Made by a program: the position numbers and the translations under genes | Assembly (NCBI GenBank): GCA_043821645.1 | Contig: JBDRCO010000033.1 | Location: forward strand, 13,735-77,734 | Direction of reading: 5' to 3' | Length of the DNA: 64,000 nucleotides | From: Pseudomonadota bacterium | Lineage (GTDB): Bacteria > Myxococcota > JACRCW01 > JAFGSX01 | In this document: piece by piece, positions 11,411 to 21,485 of the stretch | Layout of the letters: every line of letters begins with the position of its first letter | Numbering within the stretch: the first letter of the stretch is position 1 | The notes under the pieces: model-generated | What the model was told of the DNA's origin: nothing | Database searches by the model: none | Seen by the model: the letters and a program-made list of their open reading frames with translations, nothing else

Positions 11411-12152
11411 GGCTGCCCTCCGCGCGGGTCAAGGCCAAGGCCGTGGTCGCGGTCAGGGGCAGCAACAGGCCCTCGGCCGCCACCAGCGTGGCCAGGGAAG
11501 GAAGGTCCGTGGTCGAGACATTGAGCAGGCCACCACCGACCAGGGCTCCGATGTGAACCAGGGTAGTGCTTCCCCAGGCCACCCAGAAAGAGCCTGGATT
11601 GGCGACCAGCCAGTCCTGCAACAGCCACTCGGCGCCGGCCACCACCAGCGGTGGCACCAGGCCAGCCACCAGCAAGGGAGGCAAGGCCGCCAGGACGAGG
11701 CTCTGCGGCAGGCTGCCAAGGACGGAGCCCGCGACCAGGGCCGCCGGCACCACCACCACGGAACTCAGAGCACCGGCGAGAAAGGACACCGTGGCCAGCT
11801 GCACCCCGTCGAGAGCCGGGGCAGCCTGCACCTCTCGCAGCTCGACCTCGACCTGGCGAGTCTCGACAGGCGAGGCCTCCGCCGGGCTCGCCGGCGTAGG
11901 CTCAGTCTGCGGGTCTACCGCCACCTCGGGTTGGACCTCCTCCGCGCTTGCTGCCGGGTCCCCGATAACAGGCTCCTGGGTGTCCGCCGGGGTCTCGCCC
12001 GCAGGCATCTGGGCGGCCTGGGACGTGGGAGGGTCCTCGCCGGGCTGAGAGCCGGCTTCCTGGGCCGCCGCCCTGGCCGGGCCAAGGCACAGAGCAAGCA
12101 CCACGGCCCCCCACGGGCCCAGCCCTCGGGATCTCGACATGCGACTGTTCAT
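11400..12152 (-). CDS. Hypothetical membrane protein (signal peptide, Pro/Glu-rich linker, several TM helices)
   Basis: Hydrophobicity pattern; operon overlap with the hydrolase. Confidence 0.65.
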   Translation of the reverse strand: MNSRMSRSRGLGPWGAVVLALCLGPARAAAQEAGSQPGEDPPTSQAAQMPAGETPADTQEPVIGDPAASAEEVQPEVAVDPQTEPTPASPAEASPVETRQVEVELREVQAAPALDGVQLATVSFLAGALSSVVVVPAALVAGSVLGSLPQSLVLAALPPLLVAGLVPPLVVAGAEWLLQDWLVANPGSFWVAWGSTTLVHIGALVGGGLLNVSTTDLPSLATLVAAEGLLLPLTATTALALTRAEGSHVE

Positions 12153-12397
12153 GGAAACCTCCACGCCGCCCGTGGATACGGCGGACCCTCCATCGCGTCA
12201 ACACGCAACCCTCTGGCGCCCTCCCCTACGGCCGGGCACACGCCCCATGACGGAGCCATGACCCGCGTCCTGCAGGAGTGCCGGAGCTGTGTTATACTTC
12301 TGGGGTTCGTGATCGATGCGGTGCTCTTCTGAGCTGCGCCGCAGGGCAGATCCAGGGAAGGCGAGAGAGAGGGGAACGGGGGCGCTTGGAGGCGCCA

Positions 12398-12844
12398 ATG
12401 TGTTCGCGTGCGATGATCCTCCCTGTGCTCGGCCTGCTGGCCTGCGATGCTCTACAAGGACCCTCTGCCACGGTCACCGTCGACGTGGACCTCCAGGGCT
12501 ACGACCTCACCCAGGAACAGACCGCCACACTGCAGCAGCCTCCGCTGTGCGGTATCGAGATCACCACGGCGCCGGATGCCGACGACGCCCGGGACGAGGC
12601 CCTGGCAGGTGACCTGTGGCTGCGGGGAACCCACGCCCGCGCGGTGCTACTCCGGGTTCACAGTGCCGAACTCGGAGAGGGACCTGACGACGCCAGTCGG
12701 GGCCTGCTCCCGGCGCCGGTGGAGCCGGGTGAGGGGTACGAGATGATCTGCGCCGGGCAGCGCTACAAGATTCAGGTCCTCGATGTGGACAACCAGGCCG
12801 GCAGCGCCCAGCTGCAGATCGAGCCTGTTGCCGGCGGGCCCTGA
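12398..12844 (+). CDS. Hypothetical lipoprotein
   Basis: GGAGG RBS, lipobox LLAC. Confidence 0.65.
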   Translation: MCSRAMILPVLGLLACDALQGPSATVTVDVDLQGYDLTQEQTATLQQPPLCGIEITTAPDADDARDEALAGDLWLRGTHARAVLLRVHSAELGEGPDDASRGLLPAPVEPGEGYEMICAGQRYKIQVLDVDNQAGSAQLQIEPVAGGP

Positions 12845-12862
12845 GCTCCCCGCTGACCGGGC

Positions 12863-13261
12863 TTAGGCGTTCTGGCCTCGCTGGCCGTCGCAGATGGCCG
12901 AGGGTCCGAGGCGCTCGAGAAGCTGATCACCCCAGGCCTTCCACGCCTCCTCGACCGTTCCCGCGATCCCGGCGTCCAGGACCTCGACACCCAGCTGCTG
13001 CAGCCCGGCCAGGCCGCGGGCGCCGATGCCTCGCACGACGATGACGCGCACACCCTCGACGAGCAGGCGCTGCACCGGTTGCATGCACGAGGCCGGCTGG
13101 TGGCGCGCGTTGGCGATGAAATGCAGCGCGTGTACCTGACCACCGCTGACGCGAAGAATCGCGTAACAGGGCGCGCGGCCAAAGTGTGGGGCAATGGAAG
13201 CACCCAGCCCTGCCGGTTCATTGCACGGCACGGCCAGGATCGAGGTCTCGTCGGCTGCCAT
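12863..13261 (-). CDS. NifB/NifX-family (FeMo-cofactor-binding-like) protein
   Basis: IAPHFGRAP, GVRVIVVRGIG, GTVEEA. Confidence 0.8.
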   Translation of the reverse strand: MAADETSILAVPCNEPAGLGASIAPHFGRAPCYAILRVSGGQVHALHFIANARHQPASCMQPVQRLLVEGVRVIVVRGIGARGLAGLQQLGVEVLDAGIAGTVEEAWKAWGDQLLERLGPSAICDGQRGQNA

Positions 13262-13400
13262 CGCCTCCACATAGCATCTCGCCCCGCAGCCACAAGTGTC
13301 ACGACGCACGCAGCGCCATCGATTCCACTGTTCAAGCGCCGTGCGCAGGGGCATATATCAGGCGTTCACACCCACCGTGTTCCACGGGACGGAGACGCCC

Positions 13401-14783
13401 ATGGCCATCATCACCATCTCACGCGGTTCGCTCAGCGGTGGAGATCGTTTCGCGGCCTTGCTGGCCGAGCGGCTAGGTTACCAGACCATCAGCCGCGAGG
13501 TGCTGGTGGAGGCGGCCCAGAAGTACGGCGTCAACGAGAAGCGCCTGTCCGAAGAGATGCACAACCCACCCAAGTTCTGGGAGCGCTTCGCGGGCCACCG
13601 CGAGCGTTACCTGCTGGCGGTGCAGGCCACCCTGGCCGAGATGGTCGAGAACGGCAACACCATCTACCACGGGCAGGCGGGCCAGTTCCTGCTCAAGGGT
13701 CTGAGCCAGGTGATCAAGCTCCGCCTCATCGCCCCGCGCGATTACAGGGCCACCGCGGCCATGGAACAGCGCAAGCTGTCCCGGGACGAGGCGCTGCGCT
13801 ACGTCGACGACATCGACGAGCAACGCCGCAAGTGGGTGCGTTACTTCTACAATGCCGACTGCAGTGATCCCTCGCTGTACGACATGGTGATCAACCTCGA
13901 GCAGATGTCCATGGAGTCCGCGGTCGATCTGGTGCACCAGCTCGCGAGTCGTGACAGCTATGCCTTCACCGAGGCTCGCAAGCAGGAGCTGCACGACTTT
14001 GTCCTCACCACCCGGGTCCGGGCGGCCCTGGAGTTCAACTCGAATTTCCCTGAGAACGCGGTGAGGGTCCAGGTTCGCGCCGGGACCGTGTTCTTGTCCG
14101 GCACGTACTACGAGAAGCACCACCAGGACATCGACACCTTCGTCAAGAAGCTGCGTGGCGTCGGCGAGGTCCAGAATGGCGAGGACCCGGCGGGCGCCCT
14201 GGGTGGCGCAGGCGAGGCCGAGCGCACCGCCGCAGACGTCATGATCCCGCTGTCGCGCTATCCACACATCGGACAGCACGTCACCCTGCGGGAGGCCATC
14301 GTGGCCCTGGGAGCCTCGGCGGTTCGCCTCTCGGATGGGCATCTCATCCATCCGCGCTACATCCTGGTCATCGACACCCAGGATCGCATCGTCGGCGTGG
14401 TGGGCCGGCGCGATATTCTCAAGGGACTGACCCCGCAGCTCGACACTCTCGAGCGCGCCAAGCACCAGATCGAGGCCGTGGTGCCTCATATCGAACTCCC
14501 CTCGCTGATGCTGCTGCACTGGACCTCCTTGTTCAGCGAGGCCGCCATCACCAACTCCCAGCGCGCGGTGCAAAGGATCATGGCGCCGGTGCGCGGCTCG
14601 GTCGAGGTGACGGACAGCCTGAGCGTGGTGTTCACGACCATGCTGCAGCACAACATCGACCTGGTGCCGGTGATGGACGGAGAGCGTGCGGTGGGGGTGG
14701 TGCTGATGACCGATGTGTTCGACACCGTGGCCCAGTTCATCCTGGAGCGTGGTGCGCACCAGCCCCGCGGGGCGGACGCCTGA
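13401..14783 (+). CDS. Cytidylate-kinase-like family protein fused to BON-like and CBS domains
   Basis: MAIITISRGSLSGG, DPSLYDMVIN, VRVQVRAGTVFLSG, TAADVM...IDLVPVMD. Confidence 0.8.
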   Translation: MAIITISRGSLSGGDRFAALLAERLGYQTISREVLVEAAQKYGVNEKRLSEEMHNPPKFWERFAGHRERYLLAVQATLAEMVENGNTIYHGQAGQFLLKGLSQVIKLRLIAPRDYRATAAMEQRKLSRDEALRYVDDIDEQRRKWVRYFYNADCSDPSLYDMVINLEQMSMESAVDLVHQLASRDSYAFTEARKQELHDFVLTTRVRAALEFNSNFPENAVRVQVRAGTVFLSGTYYEKHHQDIDTFVKKLRGVGEVQNGEDPAGALGGAGEAERTAADVMIPLSRYPHIGQHVTLREAIVALGASAVRLSDGHLIHPRYILVIDTQDRIVGVVGRRDILKGLTPQLDTLERAKHQIEAVVPHIELPSLMLLHWTSLFSEAAITNSQRAVQRIMAPVRGSVEVTDSLSVVFTTMLQHNIDLVPVMDGERAVGVVLMTDVFDTVAQFILERGAHQPRGADA

Positions 14784-14909
14784 GCCGCCTCCTCCTGCGG
14801 CCGGTGCAGGCCCAGGACCAGATTCCGGGTGCGTGCAGCCCTCGGGCGACCTCGACGAGCGGATACGGGATGCTGTTGCCGGGCCGCAGCGCGTCCCGGG
14901 CGGCCGCGG

Positions 14910-15833
14910 TCATGCGCCCGCACTCCAGGCCATCCCCGCGCAGCTGAGTTCTTCGAGCAGGGTCCGGGCATCGTCGCTCGAGAGCGAAGCCAGGGGGGGG
15001 CACACGCGACGCCAGCCGTCATCCCGATCGCGAAGGGCCAGCACAGCCTTGAGGGCCGGGGCGAGGGGCCATCGCTCGAGTACCTGGCGCTGTCTGTCCA
15101 GGGCGTTCTGCTCCGCACGCAGATCGGCCCCACCCTCGAGGTGACGACGGAAGAGTCTCGCCTGGGCCGCGGCGTTGAGGTTGGCGGTGGCGCTGATGCA
15201 GCCAGCGGCCCCCAGCTGTAAACCTCGCAACAGCAGGCGCTCGGTGCCTGGAAACAGCGCCACACCGTCGAGCGCGCCAGCGAAAAGAGCGAGCTGCTCC
15301 GGATCCCCACTCGAATCCTTGAGGCCGGCCACACTGACACCAAAGCGCTGCCGCAGAGCCAGGATCACGGGCAGCGTGATGGCCAGGCCCGACATTTTTG
15401 GGAAGTGGTAGAGCAACAGCCGCGGGCGTCCCGGAGGCAGGCGCTGCAGCAGGGCCGTGAAGTACGCGATCAATCCCTCGTCGTCGACATGGCGGAAGAA
15501 GAAAGGGGGCATGACCAGCACGTGATCCACACCGCACTGCAGGGCGTGCAGACTCAAGGCCACCGCGTCGGACAGGGCGCAGGCCGTGGCCCCGACCACG
15601 ATGCGCTCGCACTGGACCCCGGCGTCGAGCAGCGCCTCGAGGGCTGCCTGGCGCTGGGCAACCGCGAACGAAGGAGCCTCACCGGTGGTCCCGAACAGCA
15701 CCACTCCCTGGCATCCCTCGGCGAGTACGCGCTGCGCGTGGGCCGCCAACCTGGGGCCATCGATCGCCAGCCCCTCGTCGACGGGGGTAACCAGGGGGGC
15801 CCAGATGCCCTGCAGCGACGGCGGCCTTGCCAT
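14910..15833 (-). CDS. Dihydrodipicolinate synthase-family (class I aldolase) protein
   Basis: GTTGE, LYHFP, GLKDSSGD. Confidence 0.9.
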   Translation of the reverse strand: MARPPSLQGIWAPLVTPVDEGLAIDGPRLAAHAQRVLAEGCQGVVLFGTTGEAPSFAVAQRQAALEALLDAGVQCERIVVGATACALSDAVALSLHALQCGVDHVLVMPPFFFRHVDDEGLIAYFTALLQRLPPGRPRLLLYHFPKMSGLAITLPVILALRQRFGVSVAGLKDSSGDPEQLALFAGALDGVALFPGTERLLLRGLQLGAAGCISATANLNAAAQARLFRRHLEGGADLRAEQNALDRQRQVLERWPLAPALKAVLALRDRDDGWRRVCPPLASLSSDDARTLLEELSCAGMAWSAGA

Positions 15834-15916
15834 GGTGCCTCCTGTTGGTTCCGGCGGCTCCGATGATATCGTGCGCGAGCGACGGGTGAAGCCCCGGCCC
15901 TCGCGATGGAGTTCCG

Positions 15917-17293
15917 ATGAGCGACCTCGACGCCACCGCCCTTGTCCAGGACCTTCGCACCCGTTTCGACAGCGGCCACACCCGTGGGCTGGCCTGGCGA
16001 CAGCGCCAGCTCACGGCAATGCGCCAGCTCATCCTGGACAACGAGAGCGCGATCTTGGAGGCACTGCGCCAGGATCTCGGCAAGCCCGCCTTCGAGGGTG
16101 ATCTGGCCGAGGTCAGCTTTGTCCTGGCCGAGCTCGGTCTGGCTCAGCGCAAGCTCCCGCGCTGGATGCGCGCGCAGAAGGCGCGGCCTCCCCTCGCCAT
16201 CTTGCCGGCCAGCGCCTGGATCGAGCGCGAACCCCTCGGCGTGGTGCTCATCATCGGGCCCTGGAACTACCCCTTCCACCTCGTCATGCTGCCCCTGCTG
16301 TCGGCGCTGGCTGCGGGCAACTGCGCCGTGGTCAAACCCTCGGAGGTCTCCGCCGCCACCTCGGCTCTTCTTGCACGGCTGATCCCGCAGTACCTGGACC
16401 CTCGCTGCGTCCAGGTGGTCGAGGGCGGCGTGGCCGAGACCACACAGCTCCTGGCCCAGCGCTTCGACCACATCTTCTACACCGGCAACGGTACGGTCGG
16501 GCGCATCGTCATGGCTGCCGCCGCCCGGCACCTGACCCCGGTGACTCTGGAACTCGGTGGTAAGAACCCCTGCTATGTGGACCCGGATATCGATCTCGAC
16601 GTCACCGCGCGGCGCATCGCCTGGGGCAAGTTCTTCAACGCCGGCCAGACCTGCGTGGCACCGGACTACTTGCTGGTGCACGAGGCGGTGCATGACGCCC
16701 TGATCGAGGCCCTGGGTCGGGCCTTGCGTGCCTTCTACGGACCGGATCCCCAGCACAGTCCGGACTACGCGCGCATCGTCAATCCGCGCCACCATGCCCG
16801 CCTGGTCAGGCTGCTGGCCAGTGGCCGCGTCGCGCACGGTGGTCAGCACGACGTGGCAGACCGCTTTCTCGCGCCCACAGTGCTGGTCGACGTCGAGCCC
16901 GAGAGCCCGGTGATGGGAGACGAGATCTTCGGGCCCATCCTGCCGGCGCTGCGCATTCGAGATCGCGACGCAGCCCTCGCCTTTGCACGGCAGCGGCCAA
17001 GACCCCTGGCCAGCTACGTGTTCTCCAACGACGCCGAGGTCCAGCGTCACTGGACCCGCGGTATCACCGCGGGGGCGGTGGTGGTCAATCACTGCTGGGT
17101 GCACATGGGTGCGCCGTCGCTGCCCTTCGGCGGCGTGGGCGCGAGCGGCATGGGGGTCTACCACGGCCGGCACGGCTTCGAGACCTTCAGCCATCGCAAG
17201 CCCGTCGTGAACAGGCCACAGATGCTGGACCTGCCGCTGCTCTACCCGCCATACAGCGAGCGCATCCGGCACCTGGTGCGACGCGTGCTATAG
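15917..17293 (+). CDS. Aldehyde dehydrogenase (ALDH3-like)
   Basis: PWNYP, LELGGKNP, AGQTCVAPDY, EIFGP, PFGGVG. Confidence 0.95.
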   Translation: MSDLDATALVQDLRTRFDSGHTRGLAWRQRQLTAMRQLILDNESAILEALRQDLGKPAFEGDLAEVSFVLAELGLAQRKLPRWMRAQKARPPLAILPASAWIEREPLGVVLIIGPWNYPFHLVMLPLLSALAAGNCAVVKPSEVSAATSALLARLIPQYLDPRCVQVVEGGVAETTQLLAQRFDHIFYTGNGTVGRIVMAAAARHLTPVTLELGGKNPCYVDPDIDLDVTARRIAWGKFFNAGQTCVAPDYLLVHEAVHDALIEALGRALRAFYGPDPQHSPDYARIVNPRHHARLVRLLASGRVAHGGQHDVADRFLAPTVLVDVEPESPVMGDEIFGPILPALRIRDRDAALAFARQRPRPLASYVFSNDAEVQRHWTRGITAGAVVVNHCWVHMGAPSLPFGGVGASGMGVYHGRHGFETFSHRKPVVNRPQMLDLPLLYPPYSERIRHLVRRVL

Positions 17294-17304
17294 GTCCGTC
17301 CGGG

Positions 17305-18375
17305 TCAGAGCAGATGGCGGTACTTCTCGGGGACCGCCTCGCGCAATCGCCCGGGATGGGCCCTGGCCATGCGATAGAAGCAGCCCGGGTATCCGGCCTG
17401 GGGGTTGAACTCACCGGTGCGCAGGAGATGGTCGACGATGACGTAGAGGCGACACCCACCGAAGCAGATGCGCAGCTTGTCGCAGCTGGCGCAGGGCTCC
17501 TCGAGGTCCTGGTAGCGCTGACGCCAGTCCCTGTCGACGACAAAAGCCTGTCCGTCGAAGGAGCCCATCGCAAAGTCGTCGAGCCCGGCCATGCAGGGAC
17601 AAGGAAAGACCTGCCCGTCCTCGACGCGCAGACCCACGTGGTTGAGCCCCGCGTTGCAGTAGCCCGTGCCCGAGGGCTGGTTGAAGAAGTAGCACTGTTT
17701 GTGGCGGTCGACGATGAAGTCCGGCCCCCATACCGCATCCAGTCCGACGTCGAAGGGATAGCGATCCTCGGAGGCAAGCACGATACAGAAGGCCTCGAAG
17801 CGCTCCTCATCCGAGAGCACGAAGTCCCGCCCAAGGCGCGTGGCCGCGTGTCCGGTGTAGCCCATCGGGATGAACTCGACGTAGTCCACGGGCAGCTCGC
17901 GGCACATCTCCAAGAAAGGCTGCATGTCGGAGAGCGTCTTCTTGTTGACGACGTAGTTGACGATGAGCTTGCGGCCACTCACGTCGTGAAACCGCCGCAT
18001 GAAGCGCAGGATGCTGCCAAAGTCATTCTTGCCGCTGGAGATGCGATGCAGCTCGGCGGTCGAGCCGTGCAGGCTGATGGCGATGTTGGCGCGCAGGCGT
18101 TTCAGGATGGCCAGCACCTCCTCGTCGACCCGGAAGCTGGCGGTGACGTTGATCCAGCCGGGATTCGGCCGCCGGAACTGTCCGGTGCGCTGGTACATGG
18201 CGAGGGTGTCGCGGGTGACCTCGAAGTCGAACAGGTGCACCAGCAAGCCGTGGGCCTCGAGCACGTCGACCATCTCACCGAGGCGCGCGTAGTCGATGGG
18301 CGCGGCGGCGCCGTAGTTGCAGATGTTGCAGTTGCGCCGGCAGTTCTTGTGCACCAGCGTCACGAGGTTGGGCAT
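17305..18375 (-). CDS. Radical SAM protein with SPASM domain
   Basis: CRRNCNIC (Cx3Cx2C); C-terminal YCNAG...VFPCPC...CASCDKLRICFGGCR. Confidence 0.85.
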   Translation of the reverse strand: MPNLVTLVHKNCRRNCNICNYGAAAPIDYARLGEMVDVLEAHGLLVHLFDFEVTRDTLAMYQRTGQFRRPNPGWINVTASFRVDEEVLAILKRLRANIAISLHGSTAELHRISSGKNDFGSILRFMRRFHDVSGRKLIVNYVVNKKTLSDMQPFLEMCRELPVDYVEFIPMGYTGHAATRLGRDFVLSDEERFEAFCIVLASEDRYPFDVGLDAVWGPDFIVDRHKQCYFFNQPSGTGYCNAGLNHVGLRVEDGQVFPCPCMAGLDDFAMGSFDGQAFVVDRDWRQRYQDLEEPCASCDKLRICFGGCRLYVIVDHLLRTGEFNPQAGYPGCFYRMARAHPGRLREAVPEKYRHLL

Positions 18376-18492
18376 GCGCTCTCCCTGTCCGGGTCAAGGA
18401 TAGCGGGGTGCCCGGCCCCTCGCAAAGACCTGGAGAGCCGCACAGGCGACCGGGACAGGCGATGCGCAAAGAACGTGGGCGCGATGGCGTCG

Positions 18493-18960
18493 CTAGGCGG
18501 GCAAGCGGCTCAAAAATTTCTCAAACGCAGCACGCTGGGTGGGGACCGCGGTCATGCCACGCTTCAGGATGCGGGCTGCCTCGTCGTGGCGCTGCGCCTC
18601 GTGCAGGACCACGGCGAGGTCCCAGTAGGGGTCAAACCACGACGGCGAGGTGCGGATCGCTTGCTCGAGAGACACAACGCCCTCGTCAAGGCGACCCAGG
18701 CGCGCCAGACACAGACCGAGCCCCTTCATGGCATAGGCGTGCCCGGGATCGATCTGCAGCGCCTGGCGACATGCGGCCTCGGCCTCGGCGAAACGCTCCT
18801 GAAAGAAGCGCACGAAGCCCAGCAGGTCCAGGGCCCGCAGGTGCTGCGGCGAGCGCGTCAGGATCACCTCGAGCACCGCGCTGGCCTCGTCCAGACGCTG
18901 GGCCTGGGCTGCCTGGGTGGCACGCTCGACCAGAGCCTCGATGTCCTCTTGGTTTTCCAT
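18493..18960 (-). CDS. TPR-repeat protein
   Basis: TPR-like helices ALDLLG...AMKGLG...PYWDLA. Confidence 0.85.
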   Translation of the reverse strand: MENQEDIEALVERATQAAQAQRLDEASAVLEVILTRSPQHLRALDLLGFVRFFQERFAEAEAACRQALQIDPGHAYAMKGLGLCLARLGRLDEGVVSLEQAIRTSPSWFDPYWDLAVVLHEAQRHDEAARILKRGMTAVPTQRAAFEKFLSRLPA

Positions 18961-19190
18961 CTCTCGCTCCCTGCGGCTGGCGGTGTCCTGGCATCCTCTC
19001 CCAGGGCACCCGGTCAGACAAGCCTGCGCCGAGCCCGCGCGTGCGACCTGCGCACCTCACCTGCGGCAGACCTGTCCGCAGCGATCGCCAGGACAGCGCG
19101 GAGACCCCCGAACATGCGCGCTCTACGCCCGAGGCACGAACATTGATACCCTCTGCTCCTGTCGCGCCATGCCGCGGCGGTGGAGGTGTC

Positions 19191-20315
19191 ATGCCATCGA
19201 GAAACAGCGTCCTGGGTTCCGGGGCGGCGGTGCTGCTGATCAGTGCCCTGGCGAACCCGCACCCCGCGCAGGCCTGCCCATGCGTCACCCTCGTCGGAAG
19301 TCACGCCGAGGAGGTGGCCCAGCGCGCCCTCGTCGTCGTCAACGACGACAGTCTGGACTACATCCTGCAGCTCGCGGTGGAGGGCGACGCCAGCGAGCTG
19401 GGATGGCTGGTGCCAACCCCGGCCTTGCCCGACGATCCGGTGCTGGTGGAAGACACCTTCCTGAGCAGCCTCGACGACGCCACCGCGCCTTTTCTCCATG
19501 CCTGCTCGGGCGGAGGCGGTTGTGACGCCCAGACCCTGCGCGCGGACAAGGGCAACAGCGCCGTCACGGTGTGGAGCGAGGGCCGCATCGAGAACCTGGA
19601 ATTCGCAGTCGTGTCCTCGAGCAGCAGCAGCGAACTCGCAACCTGGCTGGCCGATCGCGGCTACCAGCTCGACGCAGCGGCCCAGGCGCGGGTGGACGAC
19701 TACGCCAGCCGGGCCTGGTTCTTTGTGGCACTCCGGGTCAGCGGAACAGCCCTGCAGGGTGACCGGCCCAGCCTGGGCCCCCTGCGCATTCACATCCCGA
19801 CCGCGGGCACGCCAATCTTCCCTCTGGGCATGACCGCGCTGTCGACGAACGCGCGGGTGAGCCTGCTCCTGTTCATCGCCGCGGACAACCGGATGGCGCC
19901 CGCCAACTATCCGCTGGTGACCATTGACGGCTCGGCCCTGCGCGCCGATGAGGAAGGTGGTAGCAACTACGACGCCCTGGTGCGCCGCGCCATCGACGCC
20001 GAGGGCAAGGGCTTCCTGGTCGAGTTCGCCGGCGACGCACCGTCCTATGCTGCTTCGGATCCTGCGCTGCAGGTTTTGCTCGAAGGCAAGCAGATGGTGC
20101 GCCTGTACACGGACGTGGAGCCCGCCGCGCTGAACCAGGACCTGCTGCTGGAAGAACGCACCAGCGTCGAGACGCCTTACTATCCCTGCCTGCCCTCCGA
20201 GGGCACCGACGACACAGGCTGCGCCAGTGCCGGGCAGATTGGGATGAGCGCGCTCCCCCTGCTGACTGTCCTCGGCCTGCTGGTCCGGCTACGACGCCAC
20301 CGCGGCGCTCGCTGA
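19191..20315 (+). CDS. DUF2330-like secreted protein with MYXO-CTERM-like tail
   Basis: Signal AQAC, ELGWLVPTP, LATWLADRGY, WFFVAL, FPLGMTALS; tail GCAS-hydrophobic-RRHR. Confidence 0.75.
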   Translation: MPSRNSVLGSGAAVLLISALANPHPAQACPCVTLVGSHAEEVAQRALVVVNDDSLDYILQLAVEGDASELGWLVPTPALPDDPVLVEDTFLSSLDDATAPFLHACSGGGGCDAQTLRADKGNSAVTVWSEGRIENLEFAVVSSSSSSELATWLADRGYQLDAAAQARVDDYASRAWFFVALRVSGTALQGDRPSLGPLRIHIPTAGTPIFPLGMTALSTNARVSLLLFIAADNRMAPANYPLVTIDGSALRADEEGGSNYDALVRRAIDAEGKGFLVEFAGDAPSYAASDPALQVLLEGKQMVRLYTDVEPAALNQDLLLEERTSVETPYYPCLPSEGTDDTGCASAGQIGMSALPLLTVLGLLVRLRRHRGAR

Positions 20316-20326
20316 GCCTTCGCCGT

Positions 20327-20725
20327 TCAGCGCGCCAGGATGGGCCCGCCCAGTGCGTTCGACGCATGGCCTGCACGGTCGAGGAGGGTGATCTCGAAGC
20401 GATAGCTCCCGGCCTCGGCCACCTGGGTGTGGATGACGAAGGAGGCCTCGCCCTCCGTGCGGTTCATGGCCTGCTCGACGTCGACGGGATCCTGGTTCTC
20501 GACGCGGCCGTCGGGAAAGGTGTAGCGAAACTGCACGCGCTCCGAGTCCGCATCGCCATCGACGAACCAGAACGAGCCGAGCACGTCGAACTGCTGGTAG
20601 GTCTGAACCTCGGGTGGCGCGTACTGCAGATCCGAGATCACAGGCACCGGGTCCACCTCAGCGTCCTCGGTCGGGCCACAGGCGACGAGCGCGAGCAGCA
20701 ATGTTCCCACAGCTGTGCGATGCAT
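20327..20725 (-). CDS. Hypothetical lipoprotein (Ig-like)
   Basis: Lipobox LVAC; ...LLDRAGHASNAL. Confidence 0.7.
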   Translation of the reverse strand: MHRTAVGTLLLALVACGPTEDAEVDPVPVISDLQYAPPEVQTYQQFDVLGSFWFVDGDADSERVQFRYTFPDGRVENQDPVDVEQAMNRTEGEASFVIHTQVAEAGSYRFEITLLDRAGHASNALGGPILAR

Positions 20726-20763
20726 GAAGCCTCCTGTCGTCCCCGGCTCTCGCGCCGACCTCT

Positions 20764-21357
20764 TCATCCAGCCTCCCCGTTCTGGCGCTCGCGGCGCACG
20801 AAGTCAATCAGCTCGGGGTAGAAGGTCAGAAAATCCTGTTCGATGGCTGCATGCGCCTGTCGCAGCACCACAACACCCTGCGCCAGATCCACAGGGCGAC
20901 GCAGGCGCCGTGCCACACCCCCCAGAGCCAGGCCAACATTGTCGATCTCGAGGTAGCTTCGCAACCAGTCCTGCGAGGCCATGCGAGGCAGGCCCCAGGC
21001 CAGGCGCGGTGGCAGCGGCAGGTCGAGCCCGGCCAGCCCTGCGTAGGCGCTTTGACAGAACGTGTCGAGGGTACTGGAAGAGAACTGACTCCAGTTCAAG
21101 GCCAGCATGTGGTCAAAGAAGATGTCGACCACCACTCCCCGCAGCAGGTGAAAGTCTGGGGCCAGGCGGCGTCGACAGGTGCGGACCGCAGGATGGTTGT
21201 CGGTGAAGGCGTCAATGCGCCGGTGTTCCTGCACCGCGGCGAGCAGCTCCGGTGGATAACGACTGTGGTCCGGGCTGCGTTCAAAGTCGGCGAGCAGGCT
21301 GCCCAGCCAGGCCAGAGGAGTTGGCTGCGACAGGTGCAGGTGCGCCAGGTAGTTCAT
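20764..21357 (-). CDS. acpH: ACP phosphodiesterase
   Basis: MNYLAHLHLS, HRRIDAFTDNHP, VDIFFDHMLA, DFLTFYPEL. Confidence 0.88.
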   Translation of the reverse strand: MNYLAHLHLSQPTPLAWLGSLLADFERSPDHSRYPPELLAAVQEHRRIDAFTDNHPAVRTCRRRLAPDFHLLRGVVVDIFFDHMLALNWSQFSSSTLDTFCQSAYAGLAGLDLPLPPRLAWGLPRMASQDWLRSYLEIDNVGLALGGVARRLRRPVDLAQGVVVLRQAHAAIEQDFLTFYPELIDFVRRERQNGEAG

Positions 21358-21485
21358 GCTCGGACCCATGGCAGCGGTGATGGCCCTGTGCCATCAGCGT
21401 GGACACCACGTGCGTGCCATGCGCACGGGTGACGGCAGATCGCCTTCGTACTACATAGGGCGGCACGGGCAAGGAGACCGCTGTC

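Noticed and set aside
12863-13261. Nitrogen fixation cluster
   Set aside because: Only a lone NifX-like domain; no nifHDK, and modABC is separated by unrelated genes.
21358-21485. ModE box or Moco riboswitch before modABC
   Set aside because: No TATAT-N7-TATAT-like or recognisable riboswitch pattern.
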